A stretch of DNA of 64,000 nucleotides from positions 1,612,001 through 1,676,000 of the forward strand of contig CP110439.1 in assembly GCA_026914245.1 (NCBI GenBank), read 5' to 3'. A program made the translations under genes and the position numbers. Positions 36,023-49,692 of this stretch are shown piece by piece; the first letter of the stretch is position 1, and the number at the start of each line of letters is the position of its first letter. Under the pieces are notes generated by a model. The model saw only the letters and a list, made by a program, of their open reading frames with translations. It did no database searches and was not told the DNA's origin. This stretch comes from Puccinia triticina (Eukaryota).

Positions 36023-38450
36023 ATGGAATCAACACATGAATCACTATACGACAGTATGCGCAAAATTATCACTTCCCAAGGGATCACCCCCGCCGAGGAG
36101 CTCTGGATCGGGCGTGATACCAGCGGTAAGCGCGGCCACGCCTCACTCATCAACCCTGCATCCCACCAATCACCATCTCACATCTACATATTGTCTTACA
36201 GAAATCAAGAAGCAGCTAGAACCGCTGCTCAATTTTCTTGGAAGTTTTCTCCTCACGTCAGATTACGATGAAAAACTTCAAAAGGCAATGTTGAGGATGG
36301 GTCGCCTTTATAAGAGCAGTGACTTCGACCCTTTCAGACCTCTTATCACGTTCCTCCTCGAAGACCCGGCCAAGTCCGACCAACAAACGTACGATTTCAT
36401 CAAAGAAGAATTCAAAAGCCCCTCAAGCCATCGGTCATTCACGCCGAGCTCTGTGAGGACCGGCACTACAGCCGACCGCGTGCATTCTTCCAGCAACCCA
36501 AGCCATCAGTTATCCTCATCAAACCTTGTGAGGACCGACACTACAGCCGGCCGCGTGGATTCTTCCAGTAAACTTCCTGACTTCCTTCCTGCGCTACACC
36601 GGGAATTGAACGAATTAATGTACATGGATGTGACCGATTTGACCGTGGATCGTTTCATCAGGTTACATCACCCCGAATCTGCCTCGCTCCTGAAAGAATA
36701 CCGCGAACTCACCTCGCTCCTACAACCCTGCGAAAATCTTATCAATCAAAAGTACGAAGAACAATTAAAAGACACTTCGGAGGTGCATGTGTTGAACTGG
36801 ATCACACCAATTCTAGAGCACATCTCGACCATGCTGCAGCCACTTGTATCAGCTCTTCCGAATTCTCGTACTTGGCGGTCCCTGTGTGACAAACCTATAC
36901 AGGGCGTTGATGGAAAACGAAAGCCGGACGGTGCAATTATGTCTCAGTATATCAAGGACGAATATCACATTGAAGATCTTCTGGTCCCTGTCGAGCTGAA
37001 AAAGAACCAATCGGATGTCCAAGAGGCGGCCCGTTGCTTGGCCAAATACGTCCACCCAGTCTTCGCAGCTCAGCCCACCCGAAGCTACGTCATTGGGTTG
37101 ACACTGTGCGGAACTTCGATGCAGCTCTGGCAATTTGATAGGTCCGGTGCCATCGGATCTGAATCATTCGACATCAAAGCGACCAAAGAAAACTTCATCA
37201 AGTTTCTTACTCTCATGACGCTGTTTTTGACGACAAACAAGCAAGTCCTCGGCTTTGATCCAACCTTCGTTGAAGGTGCTGGGCCGGCTTGTACTCCGCG
37301 ACCGCAGGAGAAAAAAATCAGCACCGAGTCTGTTCCTCAACAACTGACAAACATCAGCACCGAGTCCGTTTCTCAACAACCGATAGAAAACAGCACCGAG
37401 TCTGTTCCTCAACAACTGATAAACACCAACACTGGTCAACAACTTGTAATCGACCACCTCGTCTTCCGAGCGGCGGCAATCTGCGGACGTGGGACAACCT
37501 GCTGGGAAGCGCATCTCCGTGAAGATAAGGACCAAAAATTTCTCATCAAGGATTCATGGCAACCCGAAGACCGGATAGTAGAAGGAGAGATGCTTTGCGA
37601 TGTGACAAGACAAAACGTCCCTAATGTTGCGCGATATCACCATCATGAAGATGTCCACGTGGCTGGCCGGAGAGTCGACACTGAATTTTACGTTCGGGAT
37701 CGCATAGAATTTAGAGGGAAACGCAAGATCAACATCGGTAATCCCCCTGCCGATCCAGAACTACTAAATTGCTTTACTAATCTGGTTCATAGACGGTTGA
37801 TCCTCAAAGACGTGGGGCAATCTATTTCGAAAGTCGAAGATGTGTCTGGTCTGTTAGCGGCCCTCGAGGGCTGTATCAAAGGCCACTATGGCTTATTCCA
37901 AGCGGGCTATCTACACAGAGATATCTCTATCAACAACCTCATGATTAACAAGCCGACAGATCCGATTCCAAAAGCATTCCTAATTGACCTAGATGTGGCG
38001 ATTCCCCGCTCTAACGAGGACCCTCAAGAGCTCCATGCCAGAACCGGCACGAAAGTTTTCATGTCGAGTGGGTTACTTCTGAAAAAACATCGCCACTCTT
38101 TCGTGGATGACCTGGAGTCATTCTTTTGGGTCTTAATATGGATTTGCATCCATTATCCGGCTGAAGAAAGGAAAAAAACTGGTATGGTGCGCGGTTGGAA
38201 TCAGGCGGGCATGAAGGCACTAGGAAACATGAAGGGTAATTCCCTCTCGGATCCTACTCAGCTTGTGGAGGAATTTACAACTAGTCACAAACAATCTGAT
38301 CCTCTCATCAAATGTGTCTACGAGTTTGCCGAAATCATGAGCGATCCCGAAGTCAGAAACGATACGCTCAATCCACCTAGGACACTTTATGGTAACATAA
38401 TCAACGTTTTACGAGTCGCTCAAGGAAAGCCAACTGAGACAATTACTTAG
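36023..38450 (+). CDS. FunK1-type fungal protein kinase with a PD-(D/E)xK-like domain (copy 3); exons 36023-36125 and 36202-38450
   Basis: Same translation as copy 2, with the same intron and motifs. Confidence 0.88.
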
Positions 38451-39439
38451 CCAGTCATAAGCGTAAGTAGGTCCACTGCTTTTCGTCCGCCTCGTTTGGC
38501 TAGGCCACTGACCTGACCTATTTTTTCTAGGACACCACTTTTTGTTTACATTTTGTTTCCTTCTGATATCATCATTGTTCACAACCATTGATCACCAATC
38601 CATAGCCAATTCTTCTTTTGATAATTTGACTTATCTTGCCTCTTTTCCAAACCATGTTAAATTTTTTGAAAAGGTGGTTGTCTTTTCAAAAGCAAAAGAA
38701 TTTTTTTCCCCAACTGTTTCAATAAATCCCTGCTGTTTGTCAGTGATTGTGGTTGGAGTGAGATGATCAGCTATCTGCTCAATATTCTTGAGCTTGGATT
38801 ACTCTCTGCTCAATATTCTTCAACTCGGATTAAGAGCAGATTTAACCGTACAGCTTGGACAGGGTTGAATGGAGTTTGATAGCGAACTTGGATCTATCAG
38901 TTGTGTGAATTGGTCTCTTGATTTCTAACAATCACCAAGTTAACTAACTGAAGCCTCCTTCAGCCCCAAGCACTGCACTGAGGCACCATCTGACCCCATT
39001 GACATATGGCTCTCTAGTGGCCTGTATTTGAACAATGGTGAACCAATCAACAGGCTCAAGCGGTTGATTGAGCAGAAGCAAAGCGGAAATACCCACCATG
39101 GCCTCTTACAGATGGCTCTTGATGTCCTGTGTTGCCCAGGTAGGAAAAACTCAATCTTTTGCATACAAGCAACAAAAAACTGACCCGTTTTCCTAAAATA
39201 ATTAGCCACAACAGTTGTTGTCAGGCATACATTCAGCTTTTGCTGAGATTATGTCTTGACCAGGAGAAACAGTCTCCATGCAAAGTTGGTGAGTCAAGGT
39301 ATGGCCTTGGTGTTCTATTCAAAGAACAACAACATCCAACCTCTGGTGCTACATGAATACAACAATAAGAGGAAGAATAAGAATAAGAGCAGAGGGTGCC
39401 ACTGATGGATAATGGCACATGGAGCGGAGATATCAAAAA

Positions 39440-40040
39440 CCAACCCGGTCATTGAGTGGATAACTAAACCACTCCACTCAATGACTTGGTCAGTTCATCA
39501 AGTGGATACCCCCTCCACTTGATGCCCAACCCAGTCATCAAATGTATGGTGGACACTCCACTCAATGATAGCTTGGCCTTCAAGTGAACTGAACATCCAC
39601 TCGATGACCCAACTGGGTCAACCGGGTCGGTTGGTCATTGAGTGGGTGGGTACATATCCCTAAATGACCTGGTCGGGTCATCAAGTGGATAACCACTCCA
39701 CTCAATGACCTGGTTGGTCATCAAGTGGGTGGGTACATATCCCTTGATGACCCAACCATGTCATTGAGTGGAGTGGTTATTTAATTGATGACAGCCCAGT
39801 CATTGAGTGGGTGGGTACATATCCCTTGATGACCCAACTGGGTCATCAAGTGCAGTGGTCCGGTCGTCAAGTGGAGTGGTGGGGGTTATCCACTCGATGT
39901 CCGGGTCATCTAGTGGGAATGGGATGTGTATTGCTTGATGACCGGGTTGGTCATTGAGTGGGGTGTATGTACAAGTGTCCAATCAATGGCCAATGTTTTC
40001 CGGCCATGAGTGACAAGCCAATGATTGGTCTTGATCAGTC
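39440..40040. repeat. Degenerate GTCATCGAGTGG / CCACTCGATGAC direct and inverted repeat array (TE subterminal type)
   Basis: Many variant copies in both orientations. Related arrays at about 44800-45720 and 50163-50296 (45 bp x3). Confidence 0.7.
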
Positions 40041-41866
40041 ATTGGCTGAGAGGTGTACACTGTACACTGCAATTGATGGCCGGTATGACTGGCCATCAGT
40101 TGATGATGAGATGGACACCAGGACGTTTCCATAGGTGATCCGACTGTAAGATTTGCTGGTGTGCCACTTCTGGTGGCCTAAAATTAGGCTTAATTTTATC
40201 TGCGCAGCGTGCACAACATTTCTGGTGGGACAATACAAAAAAACTGGTGAAAAGATGTTGTGAACCCCCCTAATAGAATGTGATTCTTGACTTCTAAGTG
40301 CGTTTTGGGTGGTGGGTACCCACTGGTATCTGTGCAGGTACCCGCCAACGGGTGCGGGTGCAGATGTCAGTTTTGGGTCAAAACAGCCCGCGGGTACCCG
40401 CCTACCCACACCTGGGCAGGTATGTACCCGGGTGTGAAGCTCCCAGCTTAGATTAATCCTGAACAGACCTTTTTACCCTTGCTGGTGCTTTCTTTGGATG
40501 CTTTGGGACTTTGGTTGGGCTTTGAGGCTTATACCACTTGCTGTACATCTTTCAAGTGAGTTAAATTGCCTCATCAATCGGAGCCTCAGGCCATTTGGCC
40601 ACAAGTTTTGGAAAGATTAGTGTGATGAATGTAAACAGATTAGATTGGAAGGAGAAAAACAACTCACCCATTGCTATTCTGTAAATGGGTGAACAGTTGG
40701 TGAGTTAATAGTACTTATTTGTACTACAAAGCCCAGCATGGCGCACATTTTGTAATGCAGGAGTGTACAGTTGCACAAGGCAATAACCGGTGCTGAACCG
40801 CCTGCAAAATTTACATTTTGCATGTGGGCCCTTATGTTGTTGAGCCAGTGGGAACTGCACCCTGACCACATTTTTATGTGTTTCAGACCAAGGGCATTCC
40901 ATATTTAACTTGGCTAATGTCTCTGCCCAGTTGTTCTTTTTTTTCTTGAGATGTCTCCTGGTCTCATTGGACCCACCTATGTATACCCATAGTTATGGAA
41001 TTCTTGGTTGGCATATGGCCTTCACAAAGCCCTAAAAACCCTTGGATGGATCTCATAAAACCATAATAACAAGCCAAAAGGCTGTGCTTGCAGTGGCAAA
41101 CACAGCCATCAACACCCAGGATCAAACCCCCAACCACTCACAATGACACAAGGACCAATCTAAACACTGCACTATAACAGATTGCAGTTTATAAGAAACC
41201 CATAATCCAATTATTGCATTGTGCAACTGTAAAATGGATCTTCTTTTGCAATTACAGCTGAAAGGCCTGCTGTAATTTGATCAATGAAGATGGCCACTTC
41301 AGCCACCCGAGGTGAGGCTTTTGTTGATACTTGAAGTGTCATTTCATAAGGACCTGAACCAGGTCTGCCGCCAAGTCAAATTCTTGCTGGCTCACATGGT
41401 TGTTGCAAGGTAAGCCAAACTGTTTATCAAACTGCCACATAATACTGGAACATAAGATATGTCAGTTTGCTTCATCCCTGCGGTGTTGCACTTCAAGGAT
41501 AATTAAATTCCCCAAAAAAATTACTTAAAGTTTGAAGTTGGGAAAATCATTGAAAAAAAATCACTTCCTACTGAAAAAAAATGCTAACTGAGCGTGCTCA
41601 GCCAAAAAAATAAAAATGTGTCAGAATGAGTAAAAAACAATGGGGCACATTTCTGGGGTGATTTGTTAGACGGGCCTGCATCAGGCCCGCATGGGCCCAT
41701 ACCAGGCCCGTTGGGCCCATTGAAAAAGCAGTATTTGTTTGGAATTCCCATGCTCTGCTAAAATATGAAATGGGTCAAACCAAATAAATAATGAGGGGGC
41801 ACATTTTTTGGGAGATTTTTTTACAGGCCTGAATGAGGCCCACATGGCCCCCACAAAGCCCACTGG

Positions 41867-42069
41867 CAACGCTGAAACAAATACAATACATGGAGTGTAT
41901 CTGGTAAACGTTTTTCATTGAAGATGGAGACCTACTTGTCCTATTTTTTGTTTTCAGCCATCATATACATAATAATGGCTAAAAAAAAAAAAAAGGACAT
42001 GTAGGTCTGCATCTTCAATGAAAAATGTTTGCCAGATACACTCCATGTATTGTATTTGTTTCAGTGTTG
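41867..42069. mobile_element. Palindromic MITE with CAACGCTG...CAGTGTTG termini and a 7-bp TSD
   Basis: TSD CCACTGG at 41860-41866 and 42070-42076. Absent from the opposite TIR arm of the host element. Confidence 0.8.
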
Positions 42070-42348
42070 CCACTGGGCCCATTGAAAGAGTAGCCTTAGT
42101 CAAGAATGCCTTATATGCTCAGCTAAGAAACAAAAATGTGTCAACCTGAGTAAAAAATATGGGGCCACACTTTTGGGGTGCGCTTATTGACAGACCTGAA
42201 TCAGGCCCATACGGGCCCACCCAAAGCTGGTTGGGCCAACTCAAAAGTATTCTTGGTTAAGAATGCCCATATGATGTTTCAGAACAGCACCAATTGGCCA
42301 CTGATCAACAGAAGATATTGAAGGGCTTCTGACATCTGTATGACATTT

Positions 42349-42595
42349 CACTGCAAAAAAAACTGTGTCAACTGTGAGCAGTTGACATGCGGTAACTCTG
42401 AGGAAGCTTGTGGTGTTACACCAGCCTTACTCAAGGTTTGACTCAACCCAAGCTTCAATGCACAGTCACTGTACACCTTGCACAGTGACTGTGCCAACAA
42501 AGACACTTGTGCATTCAGGTGGAGTTACAATGACAGCTTGGCTTGAGTATCCTGCATGTCAACTGCAAGCAGTTGACCAAGTTTTTTTTGCAGTG
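42349..42595. mobile_element. CACTA-like MITE
   Basis: CACTGCAAAAAAAAC / GTTTTTTTTGCAGTG termini and TSD TTT. Related to 62619-62863. Confidence 0.85.
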
Positions 42596-43414
42596 TTTGT
42601 GCACTCACAGAATGTAGGTCCAGGCCCATCCCTTCCCCTAGGAAACCTGTTGGCCCGTACGTGCCTGATACAGGCCCGTCCAAAAAGCCTCCCCAAAAAT
42701 TCCCCCCCCCCCGTTTTTTACTCAGTCTGACACATTTTTTTTTCTTAGCTGAGCATATGCTTTCTTAACCAAGGCTACTCTTTCAATGGGCCCAGTGGGC
42801 TTTGTGGGGGCCATGTGGGCCTCATTCAGGCCCGTAAAAAATCTCCCAAAAAATGTGCCCCCTCATTATTTATTTGGTTTGACCCATTTCATATTTTAGC
42901 AGAGCATGGGAATTCCAAACAAATACTGCTTTTTCAATGGGCCCAACGGGCCTGGTATGGGCCCATGCGGGCCTGATGCAGGCCCGTCTAACAAATCACC
43001 CCAGAAATGTGCCCCATTGTTTTTTACTCATTCTGACACATTTTTATTTTTTTGGCTGAGCACGCTCAGTTAGCATTTTTTTTCAGTAGGAAGTGATTTT
43101 TTTTCAATGATTTTCCCAACTTCAAACTTTAAGTAATTTTTTTGGGGAATTTAATTATCCTTGAAGTGTTGGTAAATATACTTACATAGCATTCTCGCAT
43201 CTGACAATGCTCAACAGCTGCAGGTATGTGGAGTTCCATCAAGTCAGGATGTCGTGCTCAACGTTGTGAGGCTTCTGGCATCTATTTTCTCAAAAAAGCT
43301 GAACAAATTTAGCCTTCAAGTTTGGTGGCAATGGTGTGTAACTGGAGAACATAAAAAATAATTTAGTCGGGGAGGGTTACAGGAGTGGGAAATTTATTAA
43401 ACAACCTTTCCAAG

Positions 43415-45903
43415 CACCAGGGGGGAAAGTGTGGCACTCTCTGGAGAGTGCCAGGCCGTAATTCTGTCAGTCAAATGGTCTGATGTGAGTTAGATGTGAG
43501 TCGCAACTCTTTGTTCAATTTTCTTCCCAACAGATGTGTAACTGTAGGTGAAGTGGTTGTGGGATGATCTGTAACTCAATTCCAACACATGGGAATATCT
43601 TAGTTGAAATTTTCTGTTTGGTTCATATCAAACAAAATGCAGGATGTGAGCTTCAATTCACAACATGTTTTGCCAAGGATGTAAATATCCTGATGCTCAA
43701 AGATATCCTTGACCAAGTGAGAAGGAAGATTTTTCAGGGCTGATTTTTTTCCAATCAAAACCCACATAAAATCACATAATGAAAGATAGCTGTAAATTAT
43801 AACAACCGCAAAGACTTAGTTAACTGGTAGATTAATCCTTGTGGGATATTTCTGCCATGCCTGTTCCCTTCATCAATTGGGAGGAAAGTTATGTAAAATT
43901 AAATTTCTCTTTTTTGAGTATCACACAGTGTCAAAGATGGGAAAACCTCTGTAACCTGTCTTCCCTCCCTGTAATATGAAATGTGAACAATCAAAGAGGC
44001 CTTTTCACCAACAATGTTTACCAAGTGATGGTCCACTTATGCAGGCTAAAGTTTGCCATACAGTCAGCTGTTCATTTGGGTCCATGCACCTTTTGTATGT
44101 GAGTACACATTGCAAAATTTTCCTTCACTTGACCTCCATCTGACTGAAAAATGCAGCAGCTAGAGGTTAAAATTATTAAGCTTCACAGAGGGAAGGGGGA
44201 AGATTGGTGGATATCAATAGATGCATCAATATTTTGATGATCCTGGAACCAGCAGGAGGAAGATTTCAATAGCTGGTCTGAACTCTGAGGTGAAAAGTCA
44301 ACTCTGAAATGTCCACACAAATCTCAGCATGCAGGGTCATACCGTTTGTCTTGTAGATTGATCATCTTCACACCTTTTGCCTGACTGTTTTGGGCGATTT
44401 TTTCCTCCAGGTAGCATACCTTCATCACACCTACCATTATGTCCGTGGCCATTGTGCAACAAAATGGGGTTGATTGCTCTTATCACATGGTAATTATTAG
44501 CACCAGGTGTAAGATAAGAATGATACTCTTTTGACCTGCTGTATCCAGAACAATCAAAATCATCATCATTTTGTAGTGGCAAAAATGGTGTTCATATGTG
44601 TAGCAAATCACCAAAAAAGCTCGTGTTCCAGGAGTTTCAATCTGGGCACAAGTCAACTACGGTGGCAGCGGGGCAACAGGGATCAGCTCTGTATCCCCGG
44701 GTGTCCCCGGGGAGCGTGTTTTTTTTTTGTCGCTATGTCCACTGTCATGTTTGGCCGAACATCTGGGTGGACATTGGCGAGTTGCTTGTTTACACAGGCT
44801 CGATGACCTTTGTTTGCTGGTCATTGAGCTGGGAAAGCCCCAACTCAATGAACAGTACACTAAATACTGTTCATTCAGCTTGGCTTTTCCGAGGTTGGTG
44901 GACAGTACAGACTGCTCAACAAGCTCAGACAGGCCCAGAACAATGACCAATAGGTGCTGGTCATCGGACCAGGGCTTCTCCGACTGGATGGCCAACACAA
45001 ACTGGCCATCGAGTTCAGAGAGGCCACGCTTGACAGGCATCATGCCCTGGTCATCAATCTGCAGCCTCTCCAAGCTCAAATCCGATGACCAGTAGATACT
45101 GGTCATCCAGCAAGAAGCCCTGGCCCAATGACCAGCAAATGCTGGTCATCTAGTCAGCCTTTCCGAGCGCGGTAGGCAGCCTACACTGGCCACTCAGCTT
45201 GGAAAAGTGCAGCAGGATGGAGAGTACATACTGTCCATCAAGCCGGGACTTTCCCCGCGCTGAGTACAGTACATACAGTCCTTAAAGCTGGGAGAGGCCC
45301 GGCTCAATGACCAACATGCACTACTGGTCACTGCTCTGGGATTTTCCCAGCCTAGTGAACTGTGATCAAGTGGAGGGTGTCTCCACTCAATGGCCAGTAG
45401 AACCAGTCACCAAGTAAGGAACCCCCCCACTCAACAGCCAGTATACACACCAGTCCTCGAGTGGAGAATCCCTCCACTCAATGACATTAAAAACCAGTCA
45501 TTGAGTGGAGGATGTCTCCACTTGGTGGCTGGTAATTTAGATATGGTCATTGAGTGGACACAACCTCCAATTAATGGTTGTCCAACAGTCATCAAGTGGA
45601 GTGAATCTCCACTCAATGACTTTACAACCCATTCATTGAGTGGAGGGGGTCTCAAATTGATTCCTGAAACACACCACTAAGTGTAGAATACCAGGGTGTA
45701 CCAGGCATCAAGTGGGGGTACCCTCAACTCAATTACCAAAATGTTCACCATGGAGTGGATCAAAGATCAGCCTGAGTTGAACATAAGGTCAACATATTTG
45801 AAGCCTAAATCCCACATGCTCACACATTTGACATCAGACAGTCTTCCCAAAGGAACATACGGTCTGGCACTCTCCAGGGAGTGCCACACTTTCCCCCCTG
45901 GTG
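43415..45903. mobile_element. CACTA-like non-autonomous element with CACCAGGGGG termini
   Basis: TIR CACCAGGGGGGAAAGTGTGGCACTC..TGGAGAGTGCCAG at both ends and TSD AAG. Confidence 0.85.
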
Positions 45904-46405
45904 AAGGGATCAAAAAAACACTGAGTGTATTGGAAATACTTTGAAAATTGTTCAAATTGGTTCTTAAAATATTATTTTGCACTTGTGGTGTAGTGTTGTG
46001 GCTGCACTTGGCAACAAACACCTGTCATTTTGCTGTCCAGCAGCCAGAAAACACTTGCTGATTGTGGGTCAATGGGGGCTGGCACTGTGCCAGCTCACAT
46101 ACCATCCAGCAAGGTCTAACTTATCAAATTCCCTTTTCCCTTTGTGGCGAGCAAGGGAACCTTGTCAAGGTGTGAAACACATTCCTTAACCACAGGGAGA
46201 GGGACTTACACCTAAGTGGCTGTGTCTTGCGTGTGAGGATCTTGGGGTTTTGGTGTAAACCAAATTCCATGCCCCAGGAAAGATACTTACCATTCCCCAA
46301 TCAAAGAATCTTGTGGATCCACTAATCCTGAGCTTCTTGGCTTTCACCAGGGGAGAATTTGATGCACTATCCAGAGAGTGCCATACTGTACCCTTTTTCT
46401 GTAAC

Positions 46406-47164
46406 TAGAGATAAACATTTGAGACTTGGGTACCTGTTGGCACCTGGGTACCTGCTAGGTTTTTTGCCAAAACCAGCACCTCACACCACACCCGGAACCA
46501 CTTGGCGGGTACCGGCGGTACTTTGGACAGGTACCCCAGATACCCCCTTCGGTGGTGAGCTGGATACATAGGTCTCCAGCTCCCTGGGAGGAGTCCTTGG
46601 CAAGCTGGATACATATGTATCCAGCTTCCCAGGAGGAGTTCCCTTGGCGAGCTGGATGCATATGTACCCATCTTGCTGGGAGGAGTCCTTGGCAAGCTGG
46701 ATACATATGTATCCAGCTCCCCGTGAGGAGTCCCCTGCGCAAGCTGGATACATTTGTATCCAGCTCACCGCGATAACATCTCCCAGAGATATGGCAAAAA
46801 GCATACTTATGTATCCATCTTGGAAAGGGATCAATCCTCCCGGCAAGCTGGATACATGTGATCCAGCTTAGCCGCAAGGTCCACCCGGTGAGCTGGAGAG
46901 GATTCAGAGCTCATGTATCCAGCTTGCCAAGAGAAATCCTCCCAGCAAGCTGAATCTGTCCACTGGGAGACATCTCTTGCCAAGCTGGATCTACTGGCTC
47001 CCGGCCCTGGATCCCCCTGGGGGGGTGGGCAGTACCCGGGTACCGCACCGCTTTCTGGCCCAAACCAAGTACCTAGTACCGCACCCGGAACCGCTGCGCG
47101 GGTGCAAGGGGTACCTGCCAAGCGGTGCGGGTACCCCTCAACAGGTACCAGATGTTGATCTCTA
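46406..47164. mobile_element. hAT MITE
   Basis: TIR TAGAGATAAACAT / ATGTTGATCTCTA and perfect 8-bp TSD TCTGTAAC. GGTACC subterminal repeats and AGCTGGATACAT internal repeats. Confidence 0.9.
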
Positions 47165-47294
47165 TCTGTAACTGTGCTGGATGCCTTTGATGAAAGTGGT
47201 GTAAGAATTAATGAAGAATTCTGGAACTAATCCACAAATGATCTGAAACTGATCCTGATTTCATGCATAAACAATCCAGAATTCATGCAGAAGC

Positions 47295-47509
47295 CACTGC
47301 CAGCATAATTGGCTGGGTTGAAGTTATCCCAGTTAAACTGGGAGAACTCAACCAATTTAAACTTGGTTGATCTCAACTGATGAAATATAAATCCAAGGTA
47401 CCCCCCTTGGGTTTCTACTTCATTGGATGAGATCAACCCATTTTAAATTGGTTGAGTGCATCCCAGTTAAACTGGGATGACTTCATGTTAACCAAATATG
47501 CTGGCAGTG
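47295..47509. mobile_element. CACTA-like foldback MITE (family of 31741-32771)
   Basis: CACTGCCAGCATA / TATGCTGGCAGTG termini; almost wholly palindromic; near-TSD AAG. Confidence 0.8.
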
Positions 47510-47925
47510 AAGTCAACTGGAACACAACTGGAATGCAGTTGAAACCACTAAGACACAATGGTCACAATCAAATCATAATTCAATTTGAACTGTTTGTTAA
47601 TTGAGATGAATTCTTGAGGTTAAATTCATATCATTTACATGCGCATGAAGTTGTTCATTTTTTTCACTTTGCTTATGTAACTGTCATGTGCGCGTGTGTA
47701 AACTTGTTACAAATCACAGGTTGGGCCCCCTGCAGATCAACATGTACACCCCCGTTAGAATGAGGTGAAAGGCCCATCTGAATTGAAATTTTTCCCTAAA
47801 GAAGGCCGGTATCATCTAGAATTGAGCCAAAAAAGGATGAAAGTAGGGTGAAAATGTGATTCAATTCAAGCTTGGAGGTGTGTGGTCCCAGATTTCAGCT
47901 AGACATCCTGGCTTCTTAACATATA

Positions 47926-48586
47926 TGGTGTTGCAAGCCCGTCTGGGCACTCACCAAAGTTTGGCCAAAAAAAGGCCAAGTGCGCGTGGCCAACGCTAAA
48001 GCCCGCTTGGCCAATCCTCAAGCCCACCTGGCACACTCCCAACCCCCGCTTGGCATATCGCAAAGTGGGCGGGGTTTGGCACAAAGCCCCGCTGGGCCGA
48101 TTTCAAGCAAGGGTGCCACGCACGCCAAACGCTGTTCTGGCTATCAAGGAGAGAAGTTTCCCTCCTCAATGGTTGGCCTACAAACCGGTCATCAAGAAGG
48201 GAAGACTCCCTTCTTGATGATCAATACAAGTATTGCCCACCGTGAAGGGAGTCTTTCCTCCCCGATGACCAGCCTACAGACCGACCATCGAGAAGGCAAA
48301 GCTCCCTTGTCGATATCTGATGTGTGATGTTGAGAAGGGAGAACATTTCCCCTCCTTGAGGGCAAGTTGTTCTTGCCTTTTGAGGCAGAGACGAGGGCTG
48401 GCGTCTCATGACCGGCGTGTTGCCATCAGCCCAGAGCTTGATCTCGGCCAAGCGGGACTTGGCTGTGTGCCAAGCTCTGCCCCCCGCGCAAGCTGCCCAA
48501 TCAAGCCCGCTGGGCACATACCCAACCTCCAGAGGCACTTGGCCAAGCGGGAGTTGGGTATGTGCCCAGACGTGCTTGCAACACCA
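47926..48586. mobile_element. TA-flanked MITE (Tc1/mariner-like)
   Basis: TIR TGGTGTTGCAAGC.CGTCTGGGCAC / GTGCCCAGACG.GCTTGCAACACCA, flanked by TA. Confidence 0.7.
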
Positions 48587-48986
48587 TATGAGCTTGTGAG
48601 TTATTTTCGTGTTTGTTTGTTCTCTAATGTCTCCATGCATATGCATGTGAGTTTTTTTCCACTTTGCCAATGTCACCTTTGTGTACGCGCGTACATGAGG
48701 GTGACAGATCAATGGAGGGGCCTTTCACAGCTCCATTACAAGTAAAAACCTGTCAGAAAGCCATGAAAACCCCTGCAATTCACATTTCTGTTGTGTGAAA
48801 CCCCTTTGACATAGAGAAATTGATCAACAGAAATTCACCATAAATGAGTAATAATTGGGGATTGATTAGCTATGATTTCATTACATGTTGTAATTAAGTT
48901 ATCATTAGAAAATTGAATGGTTCTATACAACATTGCACAAGGTCCTGTGACAATTTGGCATCACTTCTGACACACTTCCTGTTGAC

Positions 48987-49600
48987 TAGAGATAGTCATT
49001 CGGTACCCGCGGCGGGTACCTAGTACCGCTTGGCGGTTACCGCCTTGCACCCGCCTCGCACCCGCGAAGCGGTGCCGGGTGCGGTACAAGGTACCTGGTT
49101 TTGCCCGGAAAGCGGTGCGGTACCCGGGTACCGCCTGAAAGTACCGCTCACCCCCCGGGGGGAGTCAGGGCGGGAGGGACAGTACCATCCCTGTGGCCTG
49201 GTCACGACTCCCCGCAAGCTGCCCACAGCACTGAAGTCATCAAGACCACCATGCCTCCCGGGAATCTCACCCGCAAGCAACCCAACCATTGATCAACCCT
49301 TCCTCCTCTAACCAAGAAAACCACCAGAAGAAACCAACCAACCCCCCCTTGACAAAGACAATATCACTGATCCTCAACCTAGCCAGCCTTCAACCAACAA
49401 AGAGGAGTTACGTGAGTCACAATCATTATTCATTTCATTCTTTTTAACAGTTTTCTGATTATTGATTATCATGTAGGAAGAGCTATAAAAATCACACAAA
49501 ACTCTGTCAGTTCAAGCTATACCTCGTATGAAGTACCTATACTTTCCGATCAAAAGGACAAATTTGGCCGGCAGATGATAGCTTATCCGTGCAAGTTGTA
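48987..49600 (+). mobile_element. hAT element left end with a probable transposase N-terminal remnant
   Basis: TAGAGATAGTCAT terminus and GGTACC repeats. Exon ..NKEEL, GTGAGT intron, then a frameshifted exon ..SVSSSYTSYEVPILSDQKDKFGRQMIAYPCK resembling the lead-in to a BED finger. Confidence 0.6.
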
Positions 49601-49692
49601 TGTCCTTCTTTCTTATCTGATCCAAAAGAAATCTTAACTTTTAACTGACACCGAGAATCAGATGTGGCACAAAGATAAACCGCCCAACCTCG

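Larger units (their letters stand above)
41489..43168. mobile_element. Foldback CACTA-like element with long TIRs
   Basis: CACTTCAAGG.../...CCTTGAAGTG termini and TSD TTG. Arms 41489-41866 and 42792-43168 are nearly identical. Contains two nested MITEs. Confidence 0.88.
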
